Shown here: positions 55,908 to 63,769 of the stretch, in pieces | Position numbering within the stretch: the stretch's first letter is position 1 | Layout: every line of letters starts with the position of its first letter | Assembly (NCBI GenBank): GCA_032128115.1 | Contig: JAQBHB010000002.1 | Span: 5,385 to 69,384, forward strand | Source: Deltaproteobacteria bacterium | GTDB lineage: Bacteria; Myxococcota_A; UBA9160; SMWR01 | Direction: 5' to 3' | DNA: 64,000 bases | The notes under the pieces: generated by a model | Databases searched by the model: none | What the model saw: the letters and a program-made list of their open reading frames with translations, nothing else | Told to the model about the DNA's origin: nothing | Made by a program: the position numbers and the translations under genes

Positions 55908-56773
55908 TGCGCGACGGGCCCGGGGCCCGGATCGCGCTTGCGGGTCTTCATCGCCTCGAAGTAGGCAACGATCGCGTCGAGCTGGCCATCCGTCAGGTGC
56001 CGGTGGGCCGGCATGGTCGTGTAGCGAAAGCTCTGGGGATCCCGGACGAAGGCCTTGATCTGATCCGCCGGACGGTACTCGACGATGCTGCGGGGCACGT
56101 TCAGGTCCGGGCCGATCTTTCCGCCCTCCCCGTTCACGGCGTGACAGGCCACGCATTCGCTGCGGAAGATCGCGAAGCCCGACCAGGCCGGGTCCTCCGA
56201 GGGCACGCCCCGGGGCAGCGTGTGCGGGTACTCCGAGTCGAATGCGGCGATCTCGATGCTGGCCAGCTGGAACGGCCAGGGGTAGCGGTTCGTGTCGTTC
56301 TGGCCCGGGCGCGACCAGATCATGTAGAAGGGGCCCGGATCCAGCTGCCGGCGATCGATGGGCTCCCAGCTGCCGTCGTCGCGTTCGGCGTCCGCGATCG
56401 CCAGGTATCCGCCCGCTTCCAGCAGCCGCGCCCCGGCCGCGGGCCTCGTGTAGCCGTCGAGAGCGCGCAGGAAGAAGTTCTGGTCGCCCATTTGCGTCAC
56501 GGATTCACCGAAGCCCAGCACGAGTACGCTGCGCAGCGGGCAGGCCAGGAAGTCCTTGGGGCGGCCGTAGTAGGGATCGTCCACCTGGATGCGGGTGGGA
56601 GTGCAGGCCGACTCGATGGCGGCGCGATCCAATTCAGCAACCGTCTCGCCGTTGCGCTTGAATCGCAGCACGCCATCCGACGCGTTCGCCGCAGCGGCCG
56701 TCGTACTCGCAGCGAGCCACACGGCGGCCAGGACCGGAACGAGAGCCGTTGCGCGCATGGGGAGCGCGAGCAT
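55904..56773 (-). CDS. Secreted c-type cytochrome-domain protein
   Basis: Signal peptide, a ~190-aa N-terminal domain, then the heme site CVACHAVNGEGGKIGPDL and a distal ...TTMPAH. Confidence 0.7.
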   Translation of the reverse strand: MLALPMRATALVPVLAAVWLAASTTAAAANASDGVLRFKRNGETVAELDRAAIESACTPTRIQVDDPYYGRPKDFLACPLRSVLVLGFGESVTQMGDQNFFLRALDGYTRPAAGARLLEAGGYLAIADAERDDGSWEPIDRRQLDPGPFYMIWSRPGQNDTNRYPWPFQLASIEIAAFDSEYPHTLPRGVPSEDPAWSGFAIFRSECVACHAVNGEGGKIGPDLNVPRSIVEYRPADQIKAFVRDPQSFRYTTMPAHRHLTDGQLDAIVAYFEAMKTRKRDPGPGPVAH

Positions 56774-56791
56774 ACCGCGTCGGATCGCGCG

Positions 56792-57670
56792 TCAGTCCCG
56801 CGCGCGACGGATCACCACCAGACGGCCGAGCAACTCGCGCGGAGGATCCTCTTCGAGCACGCGCAGCTCGATGCGGGGCCCCACGCCCTGCACCAGGCGC
56901 GGGCCCGACGCCGTCTCGACGAACCCCTTGGTGCGCAGGGCCCCCAGCCCGCGCAGACGTTCGCAGAGCTCGTCGGCATCCACGCCAGGCTCGATGGCCA
57001 GCTCCGTGGCCTCGTAGGCCTCGTGATCGTGGGGCCGCGGCGTGGCGCTGCGTCGGCGTTTGCGAAGGCCCTCCGGGTCCGGCGGAAACAACAGGTCGGG
57101 ATCGATCTCCCCGTGAACACTGTGCAGCAGCGGCGCATCGGGCTCGATCTCCCGCAAGCGGGCCTCGACCCGTTCGAGATCCCCGGGCGTCACCAGATCC
57201 GTGCGATTCACGAGCAGCAGGTCGGCGGATGAGACCTGCTGGCTGAAGGTGGCGTCGAGATCGCGACCCTCGGCCACCTGATCCGCCGCCACCACCACCA
57301 CGGCCACGTCGTCGTCCACCCACTCGGACACCGGTTCGCGCCAGAAGTTCATCTGCACGTCGAAGGGAAATGCCACGCCCGACGTCTCGACGATCACCCG
57401 ATCGGGCCGCACCCGCTCCCACAACATCTGCAACGTATCCACGAGTTCGTCCGAGAGCCTGCAACAGACGCAGCCGCCCGCGATCTCGGCATAGGCCTCG
57501 TCCCACTGGCCCAACAGGGCCTGGTCGATGCCCAGCTCGCCGAACTCGTTGGAGATCACCGCCACGCGCTGGCCCTGGCGCTGCGACTCCGCAAGGATGT
57601 GGCGCACCAGCGTCGTCTTGCCCGAGCCCAGGAAACCCGACACCACCAGCGCAGGGATGCGATCCCTCAT
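56792..57670 (-). CDS. CobW/COG0523 G3E-family metallochaperone GTPase
   Basis: Contains VSGFLGSGKTTL (P-loop), GCVCC (CxCC metal motif), ETSG and LLVNRTD. Confidence 0.85.
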   Translation of the reverse strand: MRDRIPALVVSGFLGSGKTTLVRHILAESQRQGQRVAVISNEFGELGIDQALLGQWDEAYAEIAGGCVCCRLSDELVDTLQMLWERVRPDRVIVETSGVAFPFDVQMNFWREPVSEWVDDDVAVVVVAADQVAEGRDLDATFSQQVSSADLLLVNRTDLVTPGDLERVEARLREIEPDAPLLHSVHGEIDPDLLFPPDPEGLRKRRRSATPRPHDHEAYEATELAIEPGVDADELCERLRGLGALRTKGFVETASGPRLVQGVGPRIELRVLEEDPPRELLGRLVVIRRARD

Positions 57671-58587
57671 GCGTCCAGGTCACCCTGATTCGGGTCGCGA
57701 ACCGGCTCGGTGCGGAGTTCCGCATACACCCCCAGGTGATCGCTGGGCCAGACTCCCTCCTTTTCGTCGTTGCAGACGATGCTGCAGTGAACGATCTGGC
57801 CCACGCCCGCCGCTCGCGGAAGCCCCGCGAAGATGTAGTCGATGCGCCGGTCGGGCTCGAATTCGGCGCGCGCATACGGATTGCGGTTCGACCAGGTATG
57901 ACCGGGACCCTCGGCCCCCGCCACCCGCCAGGCGTCGAGGAAGCACACGCTGCGTCCCTCGAGGGATTGCAGGCCAGTTACGTATCGGATCTCGGCCGAG
58001 TCGGGCTCGGCGTTGAAGTCGCCCACCAACAGCGGGGGAAAGCCCTCCCGCGGCCGGCGCCGCAGGGCCAGGTCGCACACCGCCGCCACCTGCTTCTCGC
58101 GGATCGCCCCCTGCTCGAACTTCCAGTTCAGGTGGGTGCAGGTGAGACCCACCGGCCCGAAGGGAGCGTCGATCGTCACCGAGATGGCGGCCCGCTTCTC
58201 GCCGTCGCCCCGGTCCGGGAGGCGAAGGGCCTCGCGATCCGCGATGGGCCAGCGGCTGGCCACCGCGTTTCCCACCCGGCCGACCCGGTCCTCCCGGCCC
58301 AGGTGCCAGAAGGGCGACGCCGCCACGGCGGCGATCTGATAACCGCGCGCCGCGAGCAGCTCCGCCACCGGGTCGCGGTCGGGCCAACGCACGGCCTCCT
58401 GGAGACCGATCAGATCGGGCTCCAGGCGATCGATCCACTCCGCGATGCCGCGGGCCCGCTGGGCATACGGCCCCGCCTCGTTCCAGAGATTGAGTGTCAG
58501 AACCGACAGCGTCACCGCGGCCCCCTTCTGCGTGCTGCGTCCAGCAGGGGCGATACTGCAGCCTTGGGGGCGCTCTCGGGGGCTCAT
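57667..58587 (-). CDS. Endonuclease/exonuclease/phosphatase (EEP) family protein
   Basis: Inner ATG of ORF 57667..58803. Contains LTLNLWN...IGLQE...VGDFNA...SDHLGV. The start is uncertain (ATG 58587 or the GTG at VTLSV). Confidence 0.75.
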   Translation of the reverse strand: MSPRERPQGCSIAPAGRSTQKGAAVTLSVLTLNLWNEAGPYAQRARGIAEWIDRLEPDLIGLQEAVRWPDRDPVAELLAARGYQIAAVAASPFWHLGREDRVGRVGNAVASRWPIADREALRLPDRGDGEKRAAISVTIDAPFGPVGLTCTHLNWKFEQGAIREKQVAAVCDLALRRRPREGFPPLLVGDFNAEPDSAEIRYVTGLQSLEGRSVCFLDAWRVAGAEGPGHTWSNRNPYARAEFEPDRRIDYIFAGLPRAAGVGQIVHCSIVCNDEKEGVWPSDHLGVYAELRTEPVRDPNQGDLDA

Positions 58588-58653
58588 GACCTGCAGTTTG
58601 ACAGATTTCCGGAGACCTTCGGCGACGACCCTCCGGAGAAGTAGAATCGGGGG

Positions 58654-59427
58654 ATGCCTGGCGCCGTGATCGTGATTCCCTGCTTCAACGAGGCCGGGCG
58701 GCTCGCCGCGGACCGGTTCGCCTCGTTCGCGGCGGCGGATCCTTCGGTGAACTTCCTGTTCGTGGACGATGGCAGCAGCGACGCAACACTCGAGGTGCTG
58801 CACAAGCTCGAGCAGCGGGATCCAGCCAGGTTTTCAGTGCTTGCGCTGACCCACAACCAGGGCAAGGCCGAGGCCGTGCGTCGCGGGATGCTGGCAGCGC
58901 TTGCGCAGGAGCCCCGCACCCTGGGCTTCTGGGACGCCGACCTGGCGACGCCGCTCGACGCCATCCCGTCCTTCCTGGCGCTTCTGGAAGAGCGACCGGA
59001 CCTGCAGATGGTGCTGGGGTCGCGAGTGAAGCTGATGGGACGGGTGATCGAGCGCAGGGCCGTGCGCCACTATCCCGGCCGGGTGCTCGCCACGTTGTGT
59101 TCCCTGGTCCTGAAACTCGGCGTCTACGACACCCAATGCGGCGCGAAGCTCTTTCGCAACGCGCCGGAAGTGGCGGCGCTCTTCCAGCAGCCCTTCCTCG
59201 CCGGCTGGCTCTTCGACGTGGAGCTGCTGGCGCGCTTCCTCCGTGGCCGGCGCGGCAGCGGCAAGCCGCCCGCAGCCGACGCCATCTACGAGTTCGCGCT
59301 CCACGAGTGGCGCGACGTTCCCGGCTCGAAGATCCGACCCGGGGATTTCTTCCGGGCCCTGGCCGATCTGGTCAAGATCTTCCGCCGCTACGGGGGCGAC
59401 CGCGACAATGAGCGTCGAGACCACTGA
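58654..59427 (+). CDS. GT2 family glycosyltransferase (polyprenyl-phosphate hexosyltransferase-like)
   Basis: Contains VIVIPCFNEAGRL...FLFVDDGSSDAT...NQGKAEAVRRG...YDTQCGAKLF. Confidence 0.8.
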   Translation: MPGAVIVIPCFNEAGRLAADRFASFAAADPSVNFLFVDDGSSDATLEVLHKLEQRDPARFSVLALTHNQGKAEAVRRGMLAALAQEPRTLGFWDADLATPLDAIPSFLALLEERPDLQMVLGSRVKLMGRVIERRAVRHYPGRVLATLCSLVLKLGVYDTQCGAKLFRNAPEVAALFQQPFLAGWLFDVELLARFLRGRRGSGKPPAADAIYEFALHEWRDVPGSKIRPGDFFRALADLVKIFRRYGGDRDNERRDH

Positions 59428-60277
59428 GACGAGGATCAAGAGCATCCTCACCCGGACGACCGGCTACCTGAAGAACGTCTCTTCCCATTCGCTGCAGCCC
59501 TACCGGGGCTGCACCTTCGGAAAGTCGCTGTGTGGCGTGGGCTGCTACGTACAGCACAACGGATTCCTCACGCGCGGCGCTCCCTGGGGCAGCTTCCTCG
59601 AGGCGCGCACCAATGCGGCCGAGGCCTACCGGGCCCAGCAGCCCCGCGAGCAGCGCTGGGCGCGGCGCTCCCGGGGCCGCTTCGCAATCTTCATGTCCAG
59701 CTCCACCGACCCCTTCGTGCCCCAGGAGCGCAGGTCCCGCATCTCGCAAGGCGTGCTCACGGCCATGTGCGAGCTTCCGCCCGACGAGCTGGTGCTGCAG
59801 ACACACACGCACCGGGTCACCGACTACCTGGATATCTACCGCGAACTCGCGCGCCGCTGCGCGCTGCGCATCCACATCTCGATCGAGAGCGATCTCGATC
59901 GGCTCCCCTATCTACCGGCACCCGCGAGCTCCGTGGATCACCGCTTCGAGGCCGCGCAGACACTCAAACGGGCCGGCCTGCAGGTGGTGATCACCGTGGC
60001 GCCGTTGTTTCCGATCCGGGAGCCGCAGGTTTTCTTCCAGCGCATCGCCGACGCCGCCGACAGCTGCGTGATCGATCACTTCATCGGCGGCGATGGTTCT
60101 AAAGGCGGCGCGCGCACCGCGCGCACCGCGCTGCTGACGTCCATGGAAGCCGTCGACCCGGATTCCATCGGGCTGGCCTATCGCGATCGCATGATCCAGG
60201 TGGCGCGCCAGGTGATGCCCGGACGCGTGGGGGTCTCGATCGACGGCTTCGCGGGCCGCAGGCTGCCCGCCATCTGA
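59408..60277 (+). CDS. Radical-SAM-like protein of the COG1533 (SplB/DNA-photolyase-like) type with atypical Cys spacing
   Basis: Inner ATG of ORF 59243..60277. Contains SLQPYRGCTFGKSLCGVGCYV (C-x6-C-x3-C instead of C-x3-C-x2-C) and MSSSTDPFVPQE (family-like TDPYQP.E). Overlaps GT2 by 20 nt. Confidence 0.6.
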   Translation: MSVETTETRIKSILTRTTGYLKNVSSHSLQPYRGCTFGKSLCGVGCYVQHNGFLTRGAPWGSFLEARTNAAEAYRAQQPREQRWARRSRGRFAIFMSSSTDPFVPQERRSRISQGVLTAMCELPPDELVLQTHTHRVTDYLDIYRELARRCALRIHISIESDLDRLPYLPAPASSVDHRFEAAQTLKRAGLQVVITVAPLFPIREPQVFFQRIADAADSCVIDHFIGGDGSKGGARTARTALLTSMEAVDPDSIGLAYRDRMIQVARQVMPGRVGVSIDGFAGRRLPAI

Positions 60278-60420
60278 TTCGTAAGTCGAGGCGCTCTCCC
60301 TCGAAGTACGCCTCGGGTTCCTCGGGCTCGAGCCCGGCCCAGTCCCTCGTGTTGAGTGCAGCGGCACTGTGTTCGCGGTGCCAATCCGTGATCACGAGTG
60401 GCCTCGCCATGCCGAAGAAC

Positions 60421-60495
60421 CCCGATGCCAGAACGCTACCGAATTCGGAAATGGCAAGCTGTCTGTTGTCGGCTGCAAGCCTTTGTTGGGCGGCT
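60421..60495 (-). repeat. Truncated attC-like site (R''-proximal half only), distal end of the array
   Basis: Roughly 80% identical by eye over ~75 bp to 63695-63769 (cccgatgcca...agctgtctgttgtc.gctgcaagcc.ttgttgg.cggc). It ends with GTTGGGCGGCT. No complementary ..CCCAAC arm is found to its left. Confidence 0.65.
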
Positions 60496-60526
60496 ACGCG
60501 CCCCACCGCGGTCTGCGATCCCCATG

Positions 60527-62209
60527 CTAGGAATGCCTCTTGGATTCCTCTACAAGGCGCCGCGCGTGCGATATAGCATCGACAAAATTCGCAAATAGTT
60601 GATCCTCGCCGATACGCTCGATTGCACCGCTTCGCTCGAGGGCTATCAACGGCTGAGCGTGGAGGCCCGAGAGAAGGAGATGCGCGCCGCGGCGCTGCAG
60701 ACGGTCGGCGACTTCCTCGAGTGCATGGAGCCCGGTTGCGTCGATCGCGAGGACATGTCTCATCCGAAGGATGACGACGGTCGGCGCAGTCTGAGCAGCG
60801 AGGAGCGTTTCCGTGAACTTGCTGGCCGCACCGAAGCAGAAGGAGCCGTTGATCTCGAAAACCTCCACTTCGGCTGGAACCTCCACCGCGCCGTTCTCGA
60901 CGAAGTCGACCCTGTCGTAGTCAACGATGTCGCGGATGGGCTTCACCTCCGTTACTTCCGCCATCCGGCGCATGAACAGAAGCGACGCCAAGACGACCCC
61001 GACTTGAATGGCAACAGTCAGATCGATGACCACCGTCAGCAAGAAGGTCGCGACCATGACGAGTGCATCGCTGCGCGGTCCGCGCAGCAGCCTCAGGAAC
61101 ACGTGCCACTCGCTCATGTTGTAGGCGACGACCACCAGAATTCCCGCCATTGTCGCCATTGGGATCAGGGATGCCCACCTTCCAGCGACTACGAGGATGC
61201 CAAGGAGCGTCGCCGCGTGAACGATTCCAGCGATCGGGGTGCGACCACCATTTCGCACATTGGTCGCAGTGCGCGCGATCGCACCGGTAGCTGGGATTCC
61301 GCCGAATAACGGCGAGGCTACGTTGGCGATTCCTTGCGCCAGAAGCTCGGCGTTGGACCGGTGACGGCCTCCGATTAGGCCATCGGCCACGACAGCACTG
61401 AGAAGGGACTCGATCGCCGCCAGAAGAGCAATTGTGATTGCAGGGGAGACAAGATCGGGGACCTGGTTCCAGTCGACTTCCAGAACTCTGAATGACGGAA
61501 ACGAGCTGGGTACATCGCCGAACCGACTGTGGATTGTGTCGACGTTCAAGCCGAAGATGTGGACGATCGCTGTCGTTGCGATGAGCGCGACCATTGGGCC
61601 CGGCATACGGCTCGTTACCTTCGGCCACAGCTGAATGATCGCGACTGTGCCGAGGAAGATCGCGGCGGCGCCGAGATTCAACGTACGGATGTTGGCCGCG
61701 TACGCGGTGAGCTTTGCCAGGAAGTCCGCCGGCACGGCTCCGATTTCGAGCCCGAGCGCGTCGCCAACCTCCGCTGTCGCAATGATCAGGGCGATTCCGG
61801 TCGTGAATCCGACTGTGACCGGGTATGGCATGAAGCGAATGACGTCACCGAGTCGCGCGAGCGCCATGATTCCGAGAAAGCAGCCAGCCATCAGTGTCGC
61901 GACAGCAAGACCCTGGTATCCAAACTCTCCGACAATGGCAGCAACGAGAACAACGAAGGCGCCAGTCGGCCCGCCAATCTGGACCCGGCTTCCACCGAAC
62001 AGCGAGATTGCAAATCCCGCGATGATGGCCGTGTAGAGGCCCTGTTCGGGTCGAACGCCGGAAGCGATCGCAAAGGCGATGGCCAACGGAAACGCCACTA
62101 TGCCGACAACGACCCCCGCGAGCGCGTCTCGCGTGAAATCTTGCGCGGAGTATCCCTCGCGAATCGTTGTGGCGAGCTTGGGCTCGAATTCGAGTGGTAG
62201 AAGGCGCAT
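60527..62209 (-). CDS. SulP family anion transporter with C-terminal STAS domain (cassette ORF)
   Basis: Contains DALAGVVVGIVAFPLAIAFAIASG... and has many TM segments. The C-terminal region ...FEINGSFCFGAASKF...VVILRMRHVLAIDATGLHALEEV is a STAS domain. ATG 62209 (RBS-like AAGGAA) is preferred over GTG 62233, which lies inside the attC. Confidence 0.85.
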   Translation of the reverse strand: MRLLPLEFEPKLATTIREGYSAQDFTRDALAGVVVGIVAFPLAIAFAIASGVRPEQGLYTAIIAGFAISLFGGSRVQIGGPTGAFVVLVAAIVGEFGYQGLAVATLMAGCFLGIMALARLGDVIRFMPYPVTVGFTTGIALIIATAEVGDALGLEIGAVPADFLAKLTAYAANIRTLNLGAAAIFLGTVAIIQLWPKVTSRMPGPMVALIATTAIVHIFGLNVDTIHSRFGDVPSSFPSFRVLEVDWNQVPDLVSPAITIALLAAIESLLSAVVADGLIGGRHRSNAELLAQGIANVASPLFGGIPATGAIARTATNVRNGGRTPIAGIVHAATLLGILVVAGRWASLIPMATMAGILVVVAYNMSEWHVFLRLLRGPRSDALVMVATFLLTVVIDLTVAIQVGVVLASLLFMRRMAEVTEVKPIRDIVDYDRVDFVENGAVEVPAEVEVFEINGSFCFGAASKFTETLLAAQTAPTVVILRMRHVLAIDATGLHALEEVADRLQRRGAHLLLSGLHAQPLIALERSGAIERIGEDQLFANFVDAISHARRLVEESKRHS

Positions 62210-62227
62210 CGTTCCTTGGCGAACCGT

Positions 62228-62368
62228 GGCCACCCAACGGACCGCGCTTCAGCGGCCGGCGGCGCGTTGCTACCGACCTCGAAACGCCTAGCTCTCCCGG
62301 ATGCTACACGAGGACCGAGAACGCCGACAGTGAAGCCGGCCCGCCTGCAAGCGCATTGTTGGGCGGCC
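62228..62368 (-). repeat. attC-like recombination site (141 bp)
   Basis: The left end is GGCCACCCAAC and the right end GTTGGGCGGCC, which are 10/11 complementary. On the minus strand this reads R'' GCCCAAC ... R' GTTGGGT. Confidence 0.75.
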
Positions 62369-62740
62369 GTTGGACCGAGCTCCGAGAACAGGGCAGCGGC
62401 GAGCTGAGGACGCGCGCCTGAAGCTGAAGGACAGACGGGGGGCAATCGGATGCATTCTTCGCTCCCTTGACCATGTCATTGATTGTGGCGACGAACTCAG
62501 GCCGGAACGGCCGCTGGCCGTCCCGCTCCCACCAGAGTTGAGCAGGCTTCGAGGACAGAATCTCGGAGAGGAAACGTATAGCTCGGTGCCGCCCTGAAGG
62601 ATCATTGCCTGAGTCGATCGAGCGTTCTGCTCCAGAAGGCGTGAATTCTGCCGGATCTGATAGGCGATGTAACCAAGTAGGGTCACCGCCGCGAAAGCGC
62701 CGGTGAGTTCACCGAGCGCGCCGAGTTCTTGCCAAGTCAT
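62304..62740 (-). pseudogene. Small N-terminally TM-anchored cassette protein, apparently frameshifted near 62572-62574
   Basis: ATG 62740: MTWQELGALGELTGAFAAVTLLGYIAYQIRQNSRLLEQNARSTQAMILQGGTELYV. The protein-like continuation FLSEILSSKPAQLWWERDGQRPFRPEFVATINDMVKGAKNASD is in another frame. Adding one T to a T3 run (A3 on plus) joins the two parts. Confidence 0.5.
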
Positions 62741-62753
62741 TGGTTCTCGCGAA

Positions 62754-62887
62754 CGCCGCCCAACGGACATGCGGTTCAGCTGCCGGCCGCTGAACGCCAA
62801 CAACCAGGCAACCAAGATCGCCGCCAGAATGCTACCAAAGTCGGCCTGCGCTACGGCCGGTCAGCTTCCTCGCTTTGTTGGGCGGCC
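62754..62887 (-). repeat. attC-like recombination site (134 bp)
   Basis: The left end is CGCCGCCCAAC and the right end GTTGGGCGGCC. The inner arms cagctgccggccg and cggccggtcagctt pair with one unpaired base. Confidence 0.75.
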
Positions 62888-63615
62888 GGCGATCGACCGC
62901 GCCCCTCGATTGCCTGGATCAACTGCCCTCGGCCAGGTTCTCCGCGAGCCACGATTTTCCCGTCTGCGACGTAATTCTGAAACTGCGCAGGCAATCCATC
63001 GCCGTCGAACCAACGGGCCGAGCTCTGCAGGTGGTAGTGCAGGTGGGGCTCGCTCGAGCGCCCGCTATTTCCGCACGCTGCGATAGGCTGGCCGGCCGTG
63101 ACGCGGTCGCCAATTCCGACAATGAGAGAGCCCGGGATCAGGTGCGCCAGCATCGAGAATTCGCGGTTTCCATGGTCAATCGCGATGTAGTTCCCTGGAG
63201 GGTCGGATCCAAGCTGCCCAGGAACATTCTCAGGAACGCCGTCCTTTAGCGCGACAACGACGCCATTGCCGGGAGCGAGAATCGGTCTTCCATGGCAGTA
63301 GTAGTTCTCGTTCCGACTCCCGTCCCCATGATGCGACATGCCAGACGCCAAGGCCGCGACCGGATCCGCGCCGGGAGCCAGCTCCTGAGCCACCACCACG
63401 AGATCGAGCGCGAATCGCTGGTCTCGTGACACAGCGTGCTGGTTCTCCTCAAGCGTGCGTCCACCCCATACGACCAGCCAGGTATTGCCGAAGGGAAGTC
63501 GCAACTGCGCCTTTGTCTCGTACCGCAGGTACTTACTGGGAGCTTCCTTCGGAGGCTCTGCTGCGCTGAAGTTCGCGACAGTCGCACTTAGAAGCACAAT
63601 GGAAGCGAGTCGCAT
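62851..63615 (-). CDS. Secreted M23 family (LytM-like) metallopeptidase (cassette ORF)
   Basis: Inner ATG of ORF 62851..63708 with GGAG 8 nt upstream. Signal peptide MRLASIVLLSATVANFSAA. Contains YIAIDHGN...MLAHL...GNSGRSSEPHLHYHLQ (HxxxD and HxH motifs). The stop lies inside the next attC. Confidence 0.8.
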   Translation of the reverse strand: MRLASIVLLSATVANFSAAEPPKEAPSKYLRYETKAQLRLPFGNTWLVVWGGRTLEENQHAVSRDQRFALDLVVVAQELAPGADPVAALASGMSHHGDGSRNENYYCHGRPILAPGNGVVVALKDGVPENVPGQLGSDPPGNYIAIDHGNREFSMLAHLIPGSLIVGIGDRVTAGQPIAACGNSGRSSEPHLHYHLQSSARWFDGDGLPAQFQNYVADGKIVARGEPGRGQLIQAIEGRGRSPAAQQSEEADRP

Positions 63616-63627
63616 GGTCAGTGCTCC

Positions 63628-63769
63628 GGCCATCCAACGGATCGGGCTTCTGCTGCAACGGACAGCGCAGACCGTCGACGCTGAGCCGCGGGGTCCCGAT
63701 GCCAGCACTCTACCGATTTCAGGAGCGGCCAGCTGTCTGTTGTCAGCTGCAAGCCCTTGTTGGACGGCC
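63628..63769 (-). repeat. attC-like recombination site (142 bp)
   Basis: The left end is GGCCATCCAAC and the right end GTTGGACGGCC, which are 10/11 complementary. On the minus strand this reads R'' GTCCAAC ... R' GTTGGAT. Confidence 0.75.

Noticed and set aside
60099-60506. 135-aa minus-strand ORF between the radical-SAM-like gene and the first attC.
   Set aside because: Most of it is antisense to the radical-SAM-like gene. Only the first ~45 codons (MARPLVITDWHREH...) look protein-like, so it is kept only as a possible cassette relic within a finding, not as a feature.
62210-62233. GTG 62233 as the SulP start (the track ORF begins there).
   Set aside because: It lies inside the attC-like site. 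ATG 62209 has an AAGGAA sequence upstream and gives a normal SulP N-terminus.
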